Translations under genes and position numbers: made by a program | The notes under the pieces: model-generated | Database searches by the model: none | What the model was told of the DNA's origin: nothing | Seen by the model: the letters and a program-made list of their open reading frames with translations, nothing else | Source: Mobula hypostoma | Taxonomy: Eukaryota | Length of the DNA stretch: 64,000 nucleotides | Direction: 5' to 3' | NCBI RefSeq assembly: GCF_963921235.1 | Contig: NC_086097.1 | Coordinates: 247,010,001 to 247,074,000 of the forward strand | Shown: piece by piece, positions 12,331-25,500 of the stretch | Position numbering within the stretch: the first letter of the stretch is position 1 | Layout: every line of letters begins with the position of its first letter

Positions 12331-12717
12331 GGTGATATAACAACTGACTGAATACTTCTGACAAATCTTGTCTTTGGGTTGCAAATGAGTACATGGTTTA
12401 ATTTTATGTTGGCTGATTGTTAGTCCAACTGGAATCTCCCTTCAAGCGGCTGGACACGTGACAAGGACAGTCAGCTTCAGTTCCTCTGGAATCCGTAATG
12501 GGTTGTTCAAGCTGTGATTCATATTTGTCTGGTGGAATGGAGTAATGTGCCAAGAATATTAAAAGACCAGCAGTGACATAAGACACGTGAGACCAATCAG
12601 GAACTCGTATATTTTAATTGGTTATAGGTTTATTATTGTTGCAGGTAACAAGATAAAGGGAAAAACTATTGTTGACATGCCATCCCAACAGATTATTCTG
12701 TACATAGTAGAATAGAC

Positions 12718-12942
12718 AGCACAATAATGTAGTGGTCAGCATAACACTATTCTAGTATCAAAGATCTGGGTTCAATTCCCGCCATTGTCTGTAAAGAGTT
12801 TGTACATTTTCTCCATGACCGCGTTGGTTTCCTCCAGGTGCTCTGGTTTCCTCCCACGTTCCAAAGACATACAGTTAATAGGTGAATTGGTCACACGGAT
12901 TCATTGGGCCAGAAGGGCCTGTTACTGTGCTGTATCTCTAAA
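12718..12942 (+). mobile_element. V-SINE (HE1-like), representative copy
   Basis: tRNA head (gggttcaattcc) plus V-SINE core ggtttcctccaggtgctctggtttcctcccac. Other copies near 24000-24230(-), 26100-26340(-), 29440-29730(+), 36060-36195(-), 51055-51290(-), 54375-54550(+), 57575-57830(+), 61350-61580(+). Confidence 0.8.
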
Positions 12943-13789
12943 TACAGATGCTGCAGTCTGCAGAAAGTGCTGGAGCAGCTCAGCAGGTCAGGCAGTGTCT
13001 GTGGTCAGTCAGTGTTTCAGGTCAAAAACTTTCCGCTCTGGATGAAGAGCCTCAGTCTGAAATTTCAGCTGTCCATTTCCCATGGATGCTGCCTGACTTG
13101 CTGAGCTCCTCCAGCTCTATGTAGGTTATGCAGCAGTGAGGTTTGGTTACATTCATGGACACATTACTGTGCCGCAAATTATATCCTCACTCTTCTCGTG
13201 CAGCAGCAAGTTAGTTCATTTGCATAGCAAGGCCACTTGCTTTAAAGTGGTTGCAGCTGCCTACGTTCTGCACTTGGTTTAGATTCAGGTTTGAAAGTGT
13301 ATTAAAAAGGCAGTCTGACCTTTGTTAATCTTCATACACCCTGCAATATATAATTGATCTTCCACTGTCGGCAGTGACTTCAGATCTCATCATCAAGGAC
13401 CTCCACCATCCAGCCCATGCTCTCTTCTTGCTGCTGCCATCAGGAAGGAGGTATAGGAGCCTCAGGACCCACACCACCAGGTTCAGGAACAGTTATTACC
13501 CCTCAACCATCAGGCTCCTGAATCAGAGGGGATAACTTCACTCACCTCAACTCTGAACTGATTCCACAACCTATAGACTCATTTTCAAGGACTCTACAAC
13601 TCATGTTTTCTGTATTATTTACTTACTATTTATTTTTTATTATGTTATTTGCACAGTTTGTCTCCTTTCGCACATCATTTGTTCGTCGGTCTTTGTGTGT
13701 GTGGTAGTTTTTCACTTATTCTGTGTATTTCGTCCTCCTGTGAATGCCCACAAGAAAACAAATCTCAGAGTAGTATATAGTGACATATA

Positions 13790-13851
13790 CAGTACTGTGC
13801 AAAAGTCTTAGGCACATATGTATATAGCTCGGGTGCTTTTGCACAGTACTG
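13790..13851. mobile_element. Tiny Tc1/mariner-type MITE (left boundary of composite element)
   Basis: TA|cagtactgtgcaaaag...cttttgcacagtactg|TA; 16-bp perfect TIR. Confidence 0.85.
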
Positions 13852-13855
13852 TAGT

Positions 13856-14910
13856 GGGTGATGCCAACAGGCTCAATAAACTGATTAGAAACTCTGGCCC
13901 TGTTATAGGGGTCAAACTGGACACACTGGAGGCTGCAATAGAACAAAGGACCCTACAGAAAATCATGCAACACACACAAAAAATGCTGGTGAACGCAGCA
14001 GGTTAGGCAGCATCTCTAGGAAGAGGTACAGTCGACGTTTCGGGCCGACACCCTTTGTCGGGACTAACTGAAAGAAGAGATAGTAAGAGAATTGAAAGTG
14101 GGAGGGGGAGGGCGAGATCCGAAATGATGGGAGAAGACAGGAGGGGAAGGGATGGAGCTAAGAGTTGTTAAGTTGATTGGCAAAAGGGATATGAGGCTGG
14201 AGAAGGTACAGGATCATGGGACGGGAACCCTAGGGAGAAAGAAAGGAGGAGCGGGGGAAAGACCCAGAGGATGGGCAAGGAGTTATAGTGAGAGGGACAA
14301 AGGGAGAAAAAAAGAGGAAAAAAAGGGGAAAGAAAAATAAATAAGGGATGGGGTACAAAGGGAAGGTGGGGCATTAACGGAAGTTAGAGAAGACAATGTT
14401 CATGCCATCAGGTTGGAGGCTACCCAGACGGAATATAAGGTGTTGTTCCTCCAACCTGAGTGTGGCTTCATCTTGACAGTAGAGGAGGCCGTGGATGGAC
14501 ATGTCAGAATGGGAATGGGACGTGGAATTAAAATGTGTGGCCACTGGGAGATCCTGCTTTCTCTGGCGGACAGAGCAGAAAATCATGGCAATTCTGGACA
14601 ATATTTCTCACTTCCTGGATGCCACCTTGGCTGAACAGAGGAGTGCTTCTAATAATAGACAAAGACAGCTGTGTTGCTCCAAAGAGCAGTATATGAAGTC
14701 ATTCTTACCCTCGGCCATTTGGCTCTATAATGAGTCAACCTGTAGCTGGGGAAGTGATGACACCCTCCTGTTAGACTGTTTGAGGTAACTTATTTTTTAT
14801 TCTTTTTTACTTCTCTTTTAATATTTGCATATGTATGTACATGTAATGGCATTGTGACACCATAATTTCTACTGTAATTTCTTTTGGGATCAATAAACTA
14901 CCTATCTGTC
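13856..14910 (+). mobile_element. Rex1/Babar-type LINE 3' fragment split by a Penelope insertion
   Basis: Frames read DANRLNKLIR...ILDNISH.L...SFLPSAI.LYN; tail gggatcaataaa..ctatct. A similar uninterrupted copy lies at about 18370-18752. Confidence 0.75.
13968..14575 (-). mobile_element. Penelope-like element 3' part (GIY-YIG endonuclease C-terminus plus pseudo-LTR)
   Basis: ORF 14374..14601 has PVATHFNS..H...EQHLIFRLGSLQPDGMN. Mutated hammerhead at about 14030-14065; exact 12-bp TSD cagaaaatcatg at 13956-13967 and 14576-14587. Confidence 0.9.
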
Positions 14911-15047
14911 TAGTAAATTTATGTATTGCACTGTACTGCTGCCACAAAAAAAATCATGACATGTGAGTGATGATAAACCTAATTCTGATATGGGACTCTG
15001 CTGTGGACTGAGTGGGAAGTAAGCAGGGAGAGGAGAGTCATGGCTGG

Positions 15048-17791
15048 CACCAGGGCAGGAATGGATTCTCAATATTCCTGGATTTCAGTGCTTTAAAAGG
15101 GATAGAGAGGGCGGAAAAAGGGGAGGAGGGGTGGCATTACTGGTCAGGGATACTATTACAGCTACAGAAAGGGTGGGTAATGTAGCAGGATCCTCTTTTG
15201 AGTCAATATGGGTGGAAGTCAGGAACAGGAAGGGAGCAGTTACTCTACTGGGGGTATTCTATAGGCCCCCTGGTAGCAGCAGAGATACAGAGGAGCAGAT
15301 TGGGAGGCAGATTTTGGAAAGGTGCAAAAATAACACGGTTGTTATCATGGGTGACTTTAACTTCCCTAATATTGATTGGCACCTGATTAGTTCCAAGGGT
15401 TTAGATGGGGCAGAATTTGTTAAATGTGTCCAGGACGGATTCCTGTCACAGTATGTGGACAAGCCGACCAGGGGGAATGCCATACTAGATCTAGTACTAG
15501 GTAATGAACCGGGTCAGGTCACAGATCTCTCAGTGGGTGAGCATCTGGGGGCCAGTGACCACCGCTCCCTAGCCTTTATAATTATCATGGAAAAGAATAG
15601 AATCAAAGAGGACAGGAAAATTTTTAATTGAGGAAGGGCAAATTATGAGGCTATAAGGCTAGAACTTGCGGGTGTGAATTGGGATGATGTTTTTGCAGGG
15701 AAATGTACTATGGACATGTGGTCGATGTTTAGAGATCTCTTGCGGGATGTTAGGGATAAATTTGTCCCGGTGAGGAAGATAAAGAATGGTAGGGTGAAGG
15801 AACCATGGGTGACAAGTGAGGTGGAAAATCTAGTCAGGTGGAAGAAGGCAGCATCATGAGGTTTAGAAAGCAAGGATCAGATGGGTCTATTGAGGAATAT
15901 AGGGAAGCAAGAAAGGAGCTTAAGAAGGGGCTGAGAAGAGCAAGAAAGGGGCATGAGAAGGCCTTGGTGAGTAGGGTAAAGGAAAATCCCAAGGCATTCT
16001 TCAGTTATGTGAAGAAAAAGGATGACAGGAGTGAAGGTAGGACCGATTAGAGATAAAGGTGGGAAGATGTGCCTGGAGGCTGTGGAAGTGAGCGAGGTCC
16101 TCAATGAATACTTCTCTTCGGTATTCACCAATGAGAGGGAACTTGATGATGGTGAGGACAATATGAGTGAGGTTGACGTTCTGGAACATGTTGATATTAA
16201 GGGAGAGGAGGTGTTGGAGTTGTTAAAATACATTAGGACAGATAAGTCCCCGGGGCCTGATGGAATATTCCCCAGGCTGCTCCACGAGGCGAGAGAAGAG
16301 ATTGCTGAGCCTCTGGCTAAGATCTTTATGTCCTCGTTGTCCACGGGAATGGTACCGGAGGATTGGAGGGAGGCGAATGTTGTTCCTTTGTTCAAAAAAG
16401 GTAGTAGGGATAGTCCGGGTAATTATAGACCAGTGAGCTTACGTCTGTGGTGGGAAAGCTGTTGGAAAAGATTCTTGGAGATAGGATCTATAGGCATTTA
16501 GAGAATCATGGTCTGATCAAGGACAGTCAGCATGGCTTTGTGAAGGGCAGATTGTGTCTAACAAGCCTGATAGAGTTCTTTGAGGAGGTGACCAGGCATA
16601 TAGATGAGGGTAGTGCAGTGGATATGATCTATATGGATTTTACTAAGGCATTTGACAAGGTTCCACACGGTAGGCTTATTAATAAAGTTAGAAGGCATGG
16701 GATCCAGGGAAGTTTGGCCAGGTGGATTCAGAATTGGCTTGCCTGCAGAAGGCAGAGGGTGGTGGTGGAGGGAGTACATTCAGATTGGAGGATTGTGACT
16801 AGTGGTGTCCCACAAGGATCTGTTCTGGGACCTCTACTTTTCGTGATTTTTATTAACGACCTGGATGTGGGGGTAGAAGGGTGGGTTGGCAAGTTTGCAG
16901 ACGACACAAAGGTTGGTGGTGTTGTAGATAGTGTAGAGGATTGTCAAAGATTGCAGAGACATTGATAGGATGCAGAAGTGGGCTGAGAAGTGGCAGATGG
17001 AGTTCAACCCAGAGAAGTGTGAGGTGGTACACTTTGGAAGGACAAACTCCAAGGCAGAGTACAAAGTAAATGGCAGGATACTTGGTCGTGTGGAGGAGCA
17101 GAGGGATCTTGGGGTACATGTCCACAGATCCCTGAAAGTTGCCTCACAGATGGTTAGGGTAGTTAAGCAAGCTTATGGGGTGTTAGCTTTCCTAAGTCGA
17201 GGGATAGAGTTTAAGAGTCGCGATGTAATGATGCAGCTCTATAAAACTCTGGTTAGGCCACACTTGGAGTACTGTGTCCAGTTCTGGTCACCTCTCTATA
17301 GGAAGGATGTGGAAGCATTGGAAAGGGTACAGAGGAGATTTACCAAGATGATGCCTGGTTTAGAAAGTATGCATTATGATCAGAGATTAAGGGAGCTAGG
17401 GCTTTACTCTTTGGAGAGAAGGAGGATGAGCGGAGACATGATAGAGGTGTACAAGATAATAAGAGGAATAGATAGAGTGGATAGCCAGCGCCTCTTCCCC
17501 AGGGCACCACTGCTCATTACAAGAGGACATGGCTTTAAGGTAAGGGGTGGGAAGTTCAAGGGGGATATTAGAGGAAGGTTTTTTACTCAGAGAGTGGTTG
17601 GTGCGTGGAATGCACTGCCTGAGTCAGTGGTGGAGGCAGATACACTAGTGAAGTTTAAGAGACTACTAGACAGGTATATGGAGGAATCTAAGCTGGGGGC
17701 TTATATGGGAGTCAGGATTTGAGGGTCGGCACAACATTGTGGGCCGAAGGGCCTGTACCGTGCTGTACTATTCTATGTTCTATGTTCTATG
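15048..17791 (+). mobile_element. Young CR1 LINE, most of ORF2 (APE endonuclease, RT, C-terminus), frameshifted
   Basis: Consecutive ORFs 15131..17722 with YRPP, GDFNFP, LDLVL, SDH, RT motifs and RPHLEYCVQFWSP; (ttctatg)n tail. Confidence 0.95.
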
Positions 17792-18052
17792 AAAAGAGGA
17801 GGAGGAGGGAAGGAAGCAGGAAGCGCCAGAGGCACATTCTGTAATGATCAATAAACCAATTGTTTGGAGAATCAAATGACCTTGCCTGGAGTTCTCAGGG
17901 CTGGGTGTGTCTGGACCTGCGCCACCCCAGGTCCCTGGCACTCCTCTGCCACCTCTCCGACACTCTTCCTGTGGCGTTCCATCCTTGCCATTCCCAACAT
18001 CCTTTGCTCCCGCCAGATTTACAAACTTGCTCTCTGCTCCATGTTAACAAAT

Positions 18053-18118
18053 ATAGTACTGTGCAAGTCTTAGGCACTCAAGCTATATATATGTGCCAGA
18101 GACTTTTGCACAGTACTG
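18053..18118. mobile_element. Second copy of the same MITE (right boundary of composite element)
   Basis: tagtactgtgcaagtcttaggcac...gacttttgcacagtactg; partial third copy at about 27985-28018. Confidence 0.8.
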
Positions 18119-20438
18119 TGTGTACTTTTGATAATGAATTTACTTTGAACTTTTGAACTTGCAAAGTTTGAAATTCTTTCTGTTTCCTTTCTCTCCTTAA
18201 GTGCACTCCTTAAAACCTACTTCTTTTACTAAGCTTTGGTCTCTGAACTTAATATAAAGCAGATTAAGTTTGCAACTTAAATTTACCAGGTTGTTTTTAG
18301 ACTGATATCAATGGCCAAATTAAGTTCCAACAGATGGTAAAAGTTCTCTGCACCTTTATGGATGTATTTACTGATTAGAAAGGCTGGGTCTGTTATAGGA
18401 GTCAAACTGGGCACTGGAGCCTGTGGTAGAACAAAAGACCCCCTGGAAAATCCTGGCAATTCTGGACGATGTTTCTCATCCTCTGCATGCCGCCTTGGCT
18501 GAACAGAGGAGCATTTTTAGTAACAGACTAAGACAACTGTGCTGTTCCAAAGAGCGCTATATGAGGTCATTCTTAACCTCGATAATGAGTCAACCTGTAG
18601 CTGGGGAAGTGATGAACCCTCCTGATAGTGTTTGTGATAACTTTTTAAAAATTCTTTCTACTTCTCTTCTACTATTTATATCTGTGCACTTATAATGCTA
18701 CTGTGACACTGTAATTTCCTTTGGGATCAATAAAATACAGTATCTATCTCTCTATTTTCAGTGCCTTGTCCTGTGTGGAGATAAGAGCATAAGACATAGG
18801 AGCAGAATTGTACATAGAACGTAGAAATCTACAGCACATTACAGGCCCTTTGGCCCACAATGTTGGTCTGACCATGTAACCTACTCTAGAAACTCCCTAA
18901 AATTTCCCTACGGCATAGTTCTCTATTTTTCTAAGTTCCATGTATCTAAGAGTCTCTTAAAAGACCCTATTGTATCCACCTCCACAACCACCGCTGGCAG
19001 TGCATTCCACACACCCACCACTGTGTGTGTGGAAAAACTTACCCCGGATATCCCCCCGTACCTATTTCCAAGCACCTTAAAAATTATGTCCCCTAGTGTT
19101 AGCCATTTCAGTCCTGAGAAATGATCAATGCTTCTCATCATCTTGTACACCTCTATCAGGTCACCTCTCATCCTCCGTCGCTCCAAGGAGAAAAGGTCGA
19201 GTTCACTCAACCTTGTAAATCTCCTCTGCACTCTCTCAATAGTATCCACATTATTCCTGTAGTGAGGTGACCAGAACTGAACACAGTACTCCAAATAGGG
19301 TCTAACTAAGGTCTTGTATAGCTGTAACATTACTTCTTGGCTCTTGAACTCAATCCCACGGTTGATGAATGCCAACACACCATGCGCCTTCTTAACAACA
19401 CCGTCAACATATGCAGCAGCTTTGAGTGTCCTATGGACACGGACCCCAACATCTTCCTGATCACACTGCCAAGAGTCTTACCATTTATATTATATTATGA
19501 CTTAAAATTTGACCTACCAAAATGAACCACTTCACACTTATCTGGGTTGAACTCCATTGGTCACTTTTCAGCTCAGTTCTGCATCCTATCGATGTCCCGT
19601 TGTAACCTCTGACAACCCTCCAGACTATCCACAACACCCCCAACTTTTGTGTCATCAGCAAACTCACAAACACACCCTTCTACTTCCTCATCCAGGCCAT
19701 TCATAAAAATCACAAAGAGGAGGGGTCCCAGAACAGATCACTGCAGAACACCACTGGTCACCGACCTCCATGCAGAATATGAACCATCTATAACCACCCT
19801 TTGCTTTCTTTGGGCAAGCCAATTCTGGATCCACAAAGCAAAGTCTCCTTGGATCCCATGCCTCCTTACTTTCTGAATGAGCCTTGCATGGTGCATCTTA
19901 TCAAATGCCTTACTGAAATCCATATACACTACATTCACTGCTCTACCTTCATCAATGTGTTTTGTTACACCCTCAAAGAATTCAATCAGGCTCGTGAGGC
20001 ATGACCTGCCCTTGATAAAGCCATGCTGACTATCACTAATCAGATTATGTCTCTCCAAATGCTCATAAATCCTGCCTCTCAGGATCTTCTCCAACAACTT
20101 GCCCACCACTGAAATCAGACTCACTGGTCTATAATTTCTGGGGCTATCTCTACTCCCTTTCTTGAACAACAGAACAACATTTGCAGCCCTCCAATCCTCC
20201 AGTACTTCTCCCATCCCCATTGATGATGCAAAGATCATTGCCAGAGACTCAGCAATCTCCTCCCTTGCTTCCCATAGTAGCCTGGGGTACATCTCGTCCA
20301 GTCCCAGTGACTTATCTAACTTAATGCTTTTCGAAAGCACCAGCACATCCTCTTTCTTAATGTACATATATATGCTCAAGCATTTCAGTACGCTGTAAGC
20401 CATCCCAACAATTACCAAGGTCCTTTTCCTGGGTAAAT

Positions 20439-20861
20439 CATCGTCGTCGTGGCTATCCCTCGAGGTCAAGGATGATGGTCTTCGTTCTGAAGAAGTGGCT
20501 CACAGAGTGAAGACACCTGTGCGTGTATTTGTTTTACGTGTACTTGATGTTGCACTCCAAGAAGCACACGATACTTCACAAATCAACCAACTGATTCCAA
20601 TGGCATAGAAACCACAACAGTTGGAGCTGAAGGATTTGTGGCAGCCTTCATCCTCCTTCACAGCCGTTGAGTTTGAAGTAACTTCGTCCGCCTGTTCCAC
20701 TGTTGAGGTCTTGGTTGGATTGTTCTTTGTCAGGGACCTCACCCTCAACCTTACTGCCATGGGTGACCCTACCAGGAACATAGCTCCAGACAGCATTGCT
20801 CTCGGGATCTCAGGACCACACAAGCTTCTCCACCGCGACAAGGTGACAATCCACGGAGAAG
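20439..20861 (-). mobile_element. Short RTE-type non-autonomous element inserted in CR1
   Basis: Interrupts the CR1 frame; (gac/gat)n 3' tail; TSD core ggtaaat on both sides; related decayed plus-strand copy at about 24590-24985. Confidence 0.75.
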
Positions 20862-21596
20862 CCCAGGTAAATACTGAAGCAAAGTATTCATTAAGTACTT
20901 CTGCTACTTCCTCTGACTCCATGCATTCATTCCCGCTATTGCACCTGATTTGTCCTCTTCTCACATGGTTCATCCTCTTGCTCTTCACATACTGGTAGAA
21001 TGCCTTGTGGTTTCCTTAATTCTGCTCACCAAGGTCTTCTTATGGCTCCTTCCTGCTCTCCTAATTCCATTCTTAAGCTCCTTCCTGGCAACCTTGTAAC
21101 TTTCTAGAGCTCTAATAGTACCTAGTTTCTTGAACCTTTTGGAAGCTTTTCTTTTTAACTAGACTTTCTATATCCTTTGTACACCATGGTTCTTTTACCC
21201 TACCATCCTTTTTCTGCCCCAATGGAACATACCTAAGTAGAATGTTCCTTGAAAATTTGCCACATTTTTACTGTGCATTTCCCGGAGGACATCTACTCCC
21301 AATTTATGTTCCCAAGTTCCTGCCTAAGAGCAACATATTTCCCCCACCCCAGTTAAATGTTTTCCCAAATTGTCTGCTCCTATCCCTCTCCAGCTCTATG
21401 GTAAAGGAGAGAGTTGTGATCACTATCTCCAAAATGCTCTCCCACCAAGAGTCCTGATGCCTGACCAGGTTCATTTCCCAATATCAGATCAAGTACAGCC
21501 TCTCCTCTAGTTGGCTTGCGTCAGGAAACCTTCCTGAACACACCTAACAAACTCCATCCCATCTAAACCCCTTGTTCTATAGAGATGTCAGTCAAT

Positions 21597-22515
21597 CTTT
21601 GCAGGTGACACAAAGCTGGGTGGCAGTGTGAAATGTGCGGAGGATGTTGAGATAATGCAGGATGACTTGGACAGGTTGGGTGAGTGGGCAGATGCATGGC
21701 AGATGCAGTTTAATGTGGATAAATGTAGGGTTATCCACTTTGGTGGCAAGAACAGGAAGGCAGATTACTATTTGAATGGTGTCAAGTTCGGAAAAGGGGA
21801 AGTACAACGAGATCTAGGTGTTCTTGTTCATCAGTCACTGAAAGTAAGCATGCAGGTACAGCATACAGTGAAGAAAGCTAATGGCATATTGGCCTTCATA
21901 ACAAGGGGAGTTGAGTATAGGAGCAAAATAGTCCTTCTGCAGTTGTACAGGGCCCTGATGAGACCACACCTGGAGTATTGTGTGCAGTTTTGGTCTCCAA
22001 ATTTGAGGAAGGACATTCTTGCTATTGAGGGAGTGCACCGGAGGTTCACACGGTTAATTCCCAGGATGGCGGGACTGTCATATGTTGAAAGGTTGGATAC
22101 TGGGTTTGTATACACTGGAATTTAGAAGGATGAGAGGGGATCTTATTGAAACATATAAGATTATTAAGGGATTGGACACACTAGAGGCAGGAAACATGTT
22201 CTCGATGTTGGGGGAGTCCAGAACCAGAGGCCACAATTTGAGAATAAGGGGTAGGCCATTTAGAACTGAGCTGAGGAAAAACTTTTTCACCCAGAGAGTT
22301 GTGGATCTGAGGAATGCTCTGCCTCAGAAGGCAGTGGAGGCCAATTCTCTGGTTGCTTTCACTAGATAGAGCTCTTAATGATAGCGGAGTCAAGGGATAT
22401 GGGGAGAAGGCAGGAACGGGGTACTGATTGTGGATGATCAGCCATGATCACAGTGAATGGCGGTGCTGGCTCGATGGGCCAAATGGCCTACTCCTGCAGC
22501 TATTTTCTATTGTCT
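21597..22515 (+). mobile_element. CR1 (second subfamily) 3' fragment nested antisense in the older CR1
   Basis: ORFs 21628..22125 and 22082..22369; the host sequence rejoins as gtcaat|attaggaaagttaaa. Confidence 0.9.
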
Positions 22516-25500
22516 ATTAGGAAAGTTAAAATCTCTCATCACAACAACTCTATTATTATTGCACTGTTCCAGAATCTGCTTCCCTATCTGATCCTCAATG
22601 TCTCTGTTACAACTGAGGGGTCTATAAAAACACCCAGTAGAGTTATTACCCCCTTCCTGTTTCTGACTTCCACGCACATTGACTCAGTAGACAATCCCTC
22701 CATGACTAACTCCTTTTCTGCAGCCATGATTAGCAATGCTCTTTTGCCTCCCTTCCTATCCTTTTTGAAACATCTAAAGCCCAGGACACTCAGCAGCCAT
22801 TCCTGCCCCTGAAACTTGAAACATTCAAGTTTCTGTAATGGCCACAACGTCATATTTCCATGTATTGATCCACACTCGAAGTTCATCCGCCTTGCTTATG
22901 ATGTTCCTTGCATTAAAAGAGACACATCTGAAACCTTCAGGCTGAGTGCATCTTCACTTCAGTTCCCACCCCCCTGCAAATCTAGTTTGAACCCTCCCCA
23001 ATAGCATTAGCAAACCTCCTGCCCAGGATTATTGGTTTCCCTCCAGTTCAGGTGCAACCCGTCCCACTTGTACAGGTCACCCCCTTCCCCAGAAAAGGTT
23101 CCAATAATCCTGCCCCCTGCACCATCTCCTCAGCCACTTATTCATCTGTGCTATCTTCCCTTTTCTGACCTTCACTAGCTTGTGGCATTGGGAGTAATCT
23201 GGATATTACCACCTTGGAGGTCCTGCTCTTCAACCTCCTTCCTAACTCCCTGAACTTACTGCACAGGACCTCTACCCCTCTCCTGCCTATGTCATTGGTA
23301 CCAACATGTACCACCACCTCTGGCTGCTCACCCTCCCCTTCAAGAATATTCTGCAACTGCTCAGAGACGTCTTGGACCCTTGCACCCGGAAGACAACACA
23401 CTATCCTGGTTTGTTGCCTCACCACATTTGGTGGTGCTCTGCCTTCCTTCCGCTGCCGCCAGTTCTTCCGATGCTTCCCGCACTTGCGTCTGTTCCGCCA
23501 TTCCATCATGGCCTATTTATTATCCCTCTCAACCCCATTCTCTTGCCTTCTCCCCATAACCCTTGACACCCTGACTAATCACGAGCCTTTCACCCTCTGC
23601 TTAAAATACACCCAATGACTTGGCCAGCACAGCTGTCTGTGGCAATGACTTCCACAGACCTACCACCCTATCAATTCCTTCTCAGTTCTGTTCTAAAAGG
23701 ATGTCCTTCCATTCTGAGGCCGTGCCTCTGGTCCTGGACTCTCCCACTATAGAAATCATTCTCTCCATGTCCAATCTGTCTCAGCCTTGAATAAATTTCA
23801 GTGAGGACCCCCCCCCCCCACAACTATCTTCTCATGGTGGTTCAGTAATTACAGCCTGGCTCAGTGGCACTTGCCACTTGCTTTTGCTGTACCAGGACAA
23901 GTGTCTGATGCTTGCTTCAGAGAGAATACTTTTGTGTGTAATGAGTTTCCTCGAAATTGAATGTGGTGCCTTTATCACATGTTTATCGAAACACAGAGTG
24001 AAATACATTATTTTGCATCAACAACCAACATAGTCTGAGGATGTGCCAGCAATAGCCCGCAAATGTCTCCATGTTTCTGGCGCCAACATAACATGTCCAC
24101 CACTCACTAACCCTAAACCTTGCGTCTTTGGAACGTCGGAGGAACCCAGAGGAGACTCACGTGGTCTTGGGGAAAACATATAAACTCTTTCCAGACAGCA
24201 GTGGGGATTTCTGACTGCTACACTACCACACTACACCCACAAAATGCTGGAGGAACTCAGCAGGCCAGGCAGCATCTATGGAAAAGAGTACGGTCGACAC
24301 TTCAGGCCGAAACCCTTCAGCAGGGCTGAAACGTCAACTGTACTCTTTTCCAAAGGTGCTGCCTGGCCTGCTGAGTTCCTCCAGCATTTTGTGGGTGTGG
24401 CTTGGATTTCCAGCACCTGCAGATTTTCTCTTGTTTACTACACTACCGCGTTCAATGTAGTCTAAATTGAAGAAAGAATTGGAAGATATTTTCATATGTT
24501 TCGATGAATGAATGTGTAAAATTCAGTCTGGAAATGAACAGGAAGGCATTGTTCTATGACTGCAGGTGTTGCCTTTTGGACAAAACCTCTCTGAGGAGTA
24601 TTACCTTGTCTTGTTGGAGAAGCCTTGTAAATTCCTGAGTCCTGAGAATGATGCAATTGGCACTTAGCTCCATGGCAGTAATGTCAAGTGGGAGGTGCCA
24701 GACAAACAGCGATCCAACCAAGACCTTAACAGTGGAACTGTCGGAAGATGATGACACATCACAACGGCAGTGATGGTGGAGGAAGGCCGCAGCCGTGAAG
24801 GGTCCTCAGTCCTCTTGCATTCCATGTCACTGGACCCTGACACTAATCTGTCAAGCACCATGTGGCAGTCTTCTCTGTGCATCAGCCTCCCCATATTAAA
24901 CAAAGTCACGCATAAGCATTCTCCATAGTTGGAATCCACCCTAAAATCCTGGATTGTGTACCTACCAATAGGCAACCCCTTAGGAGAACATCATACCACT
25001 TGTGTGATGGCAGTGCTACTACTTTTGGACAAGGTGTTTATCTAAGGTCATACCTGCTCCCTAGGAGGATTAAGTAGATCTACTGGAGGAACAGAAGTTT
25101 TTCCCAGAGTCCAAACCAATATTTATCTCTTAATTCGTATTCCTGAATGAGATTGGCCATTATCAATAGTCTTTGGGGCAGTTTGCTGCATGTAAAGTTG
25201 TTGATGTGTTTCCTGCATTACAAAAGTGACTACATTTCAAAAACGAATCTTCTGGAGGTATAAAGCTATGGGACACTCTGACGCTGTGAAAGTACAAACC
25301 ACTGAGTCAGAATATTTAGTAATAAATTATTTTGAATGTCAGTCAAAATAGACTCAAGATCACTCAAAACCCTTACTCAATCCTATCAGTCAAAATCGAT
25401 GCTACATTACAGTAAAACTTACACATAACTTTCAAACTGACGGTACACATGCAATCTTTATTTTTAAACGCATGATCTCCACTTTCGTTTATGGTTTTGG

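Larger units (their letters stand above)
18815..23410 (-). mobile_element. Decayed near-full-length CR1 (ORF1 esterase to 3' end) with two nested insertions
   Basis: RT ORFs 18923..20469, APE remnant 22584..22886, SGNH-type ORF1 VCCLPGARV...VVVHVGTNDIG in 23138..23509. Confidence 0.9.

Noticed and set aside
25333..25442. Possible plus-strand exon
   Set aside because: Weak splice sites, stop codons in two frames, and no recognisable homology in the third.
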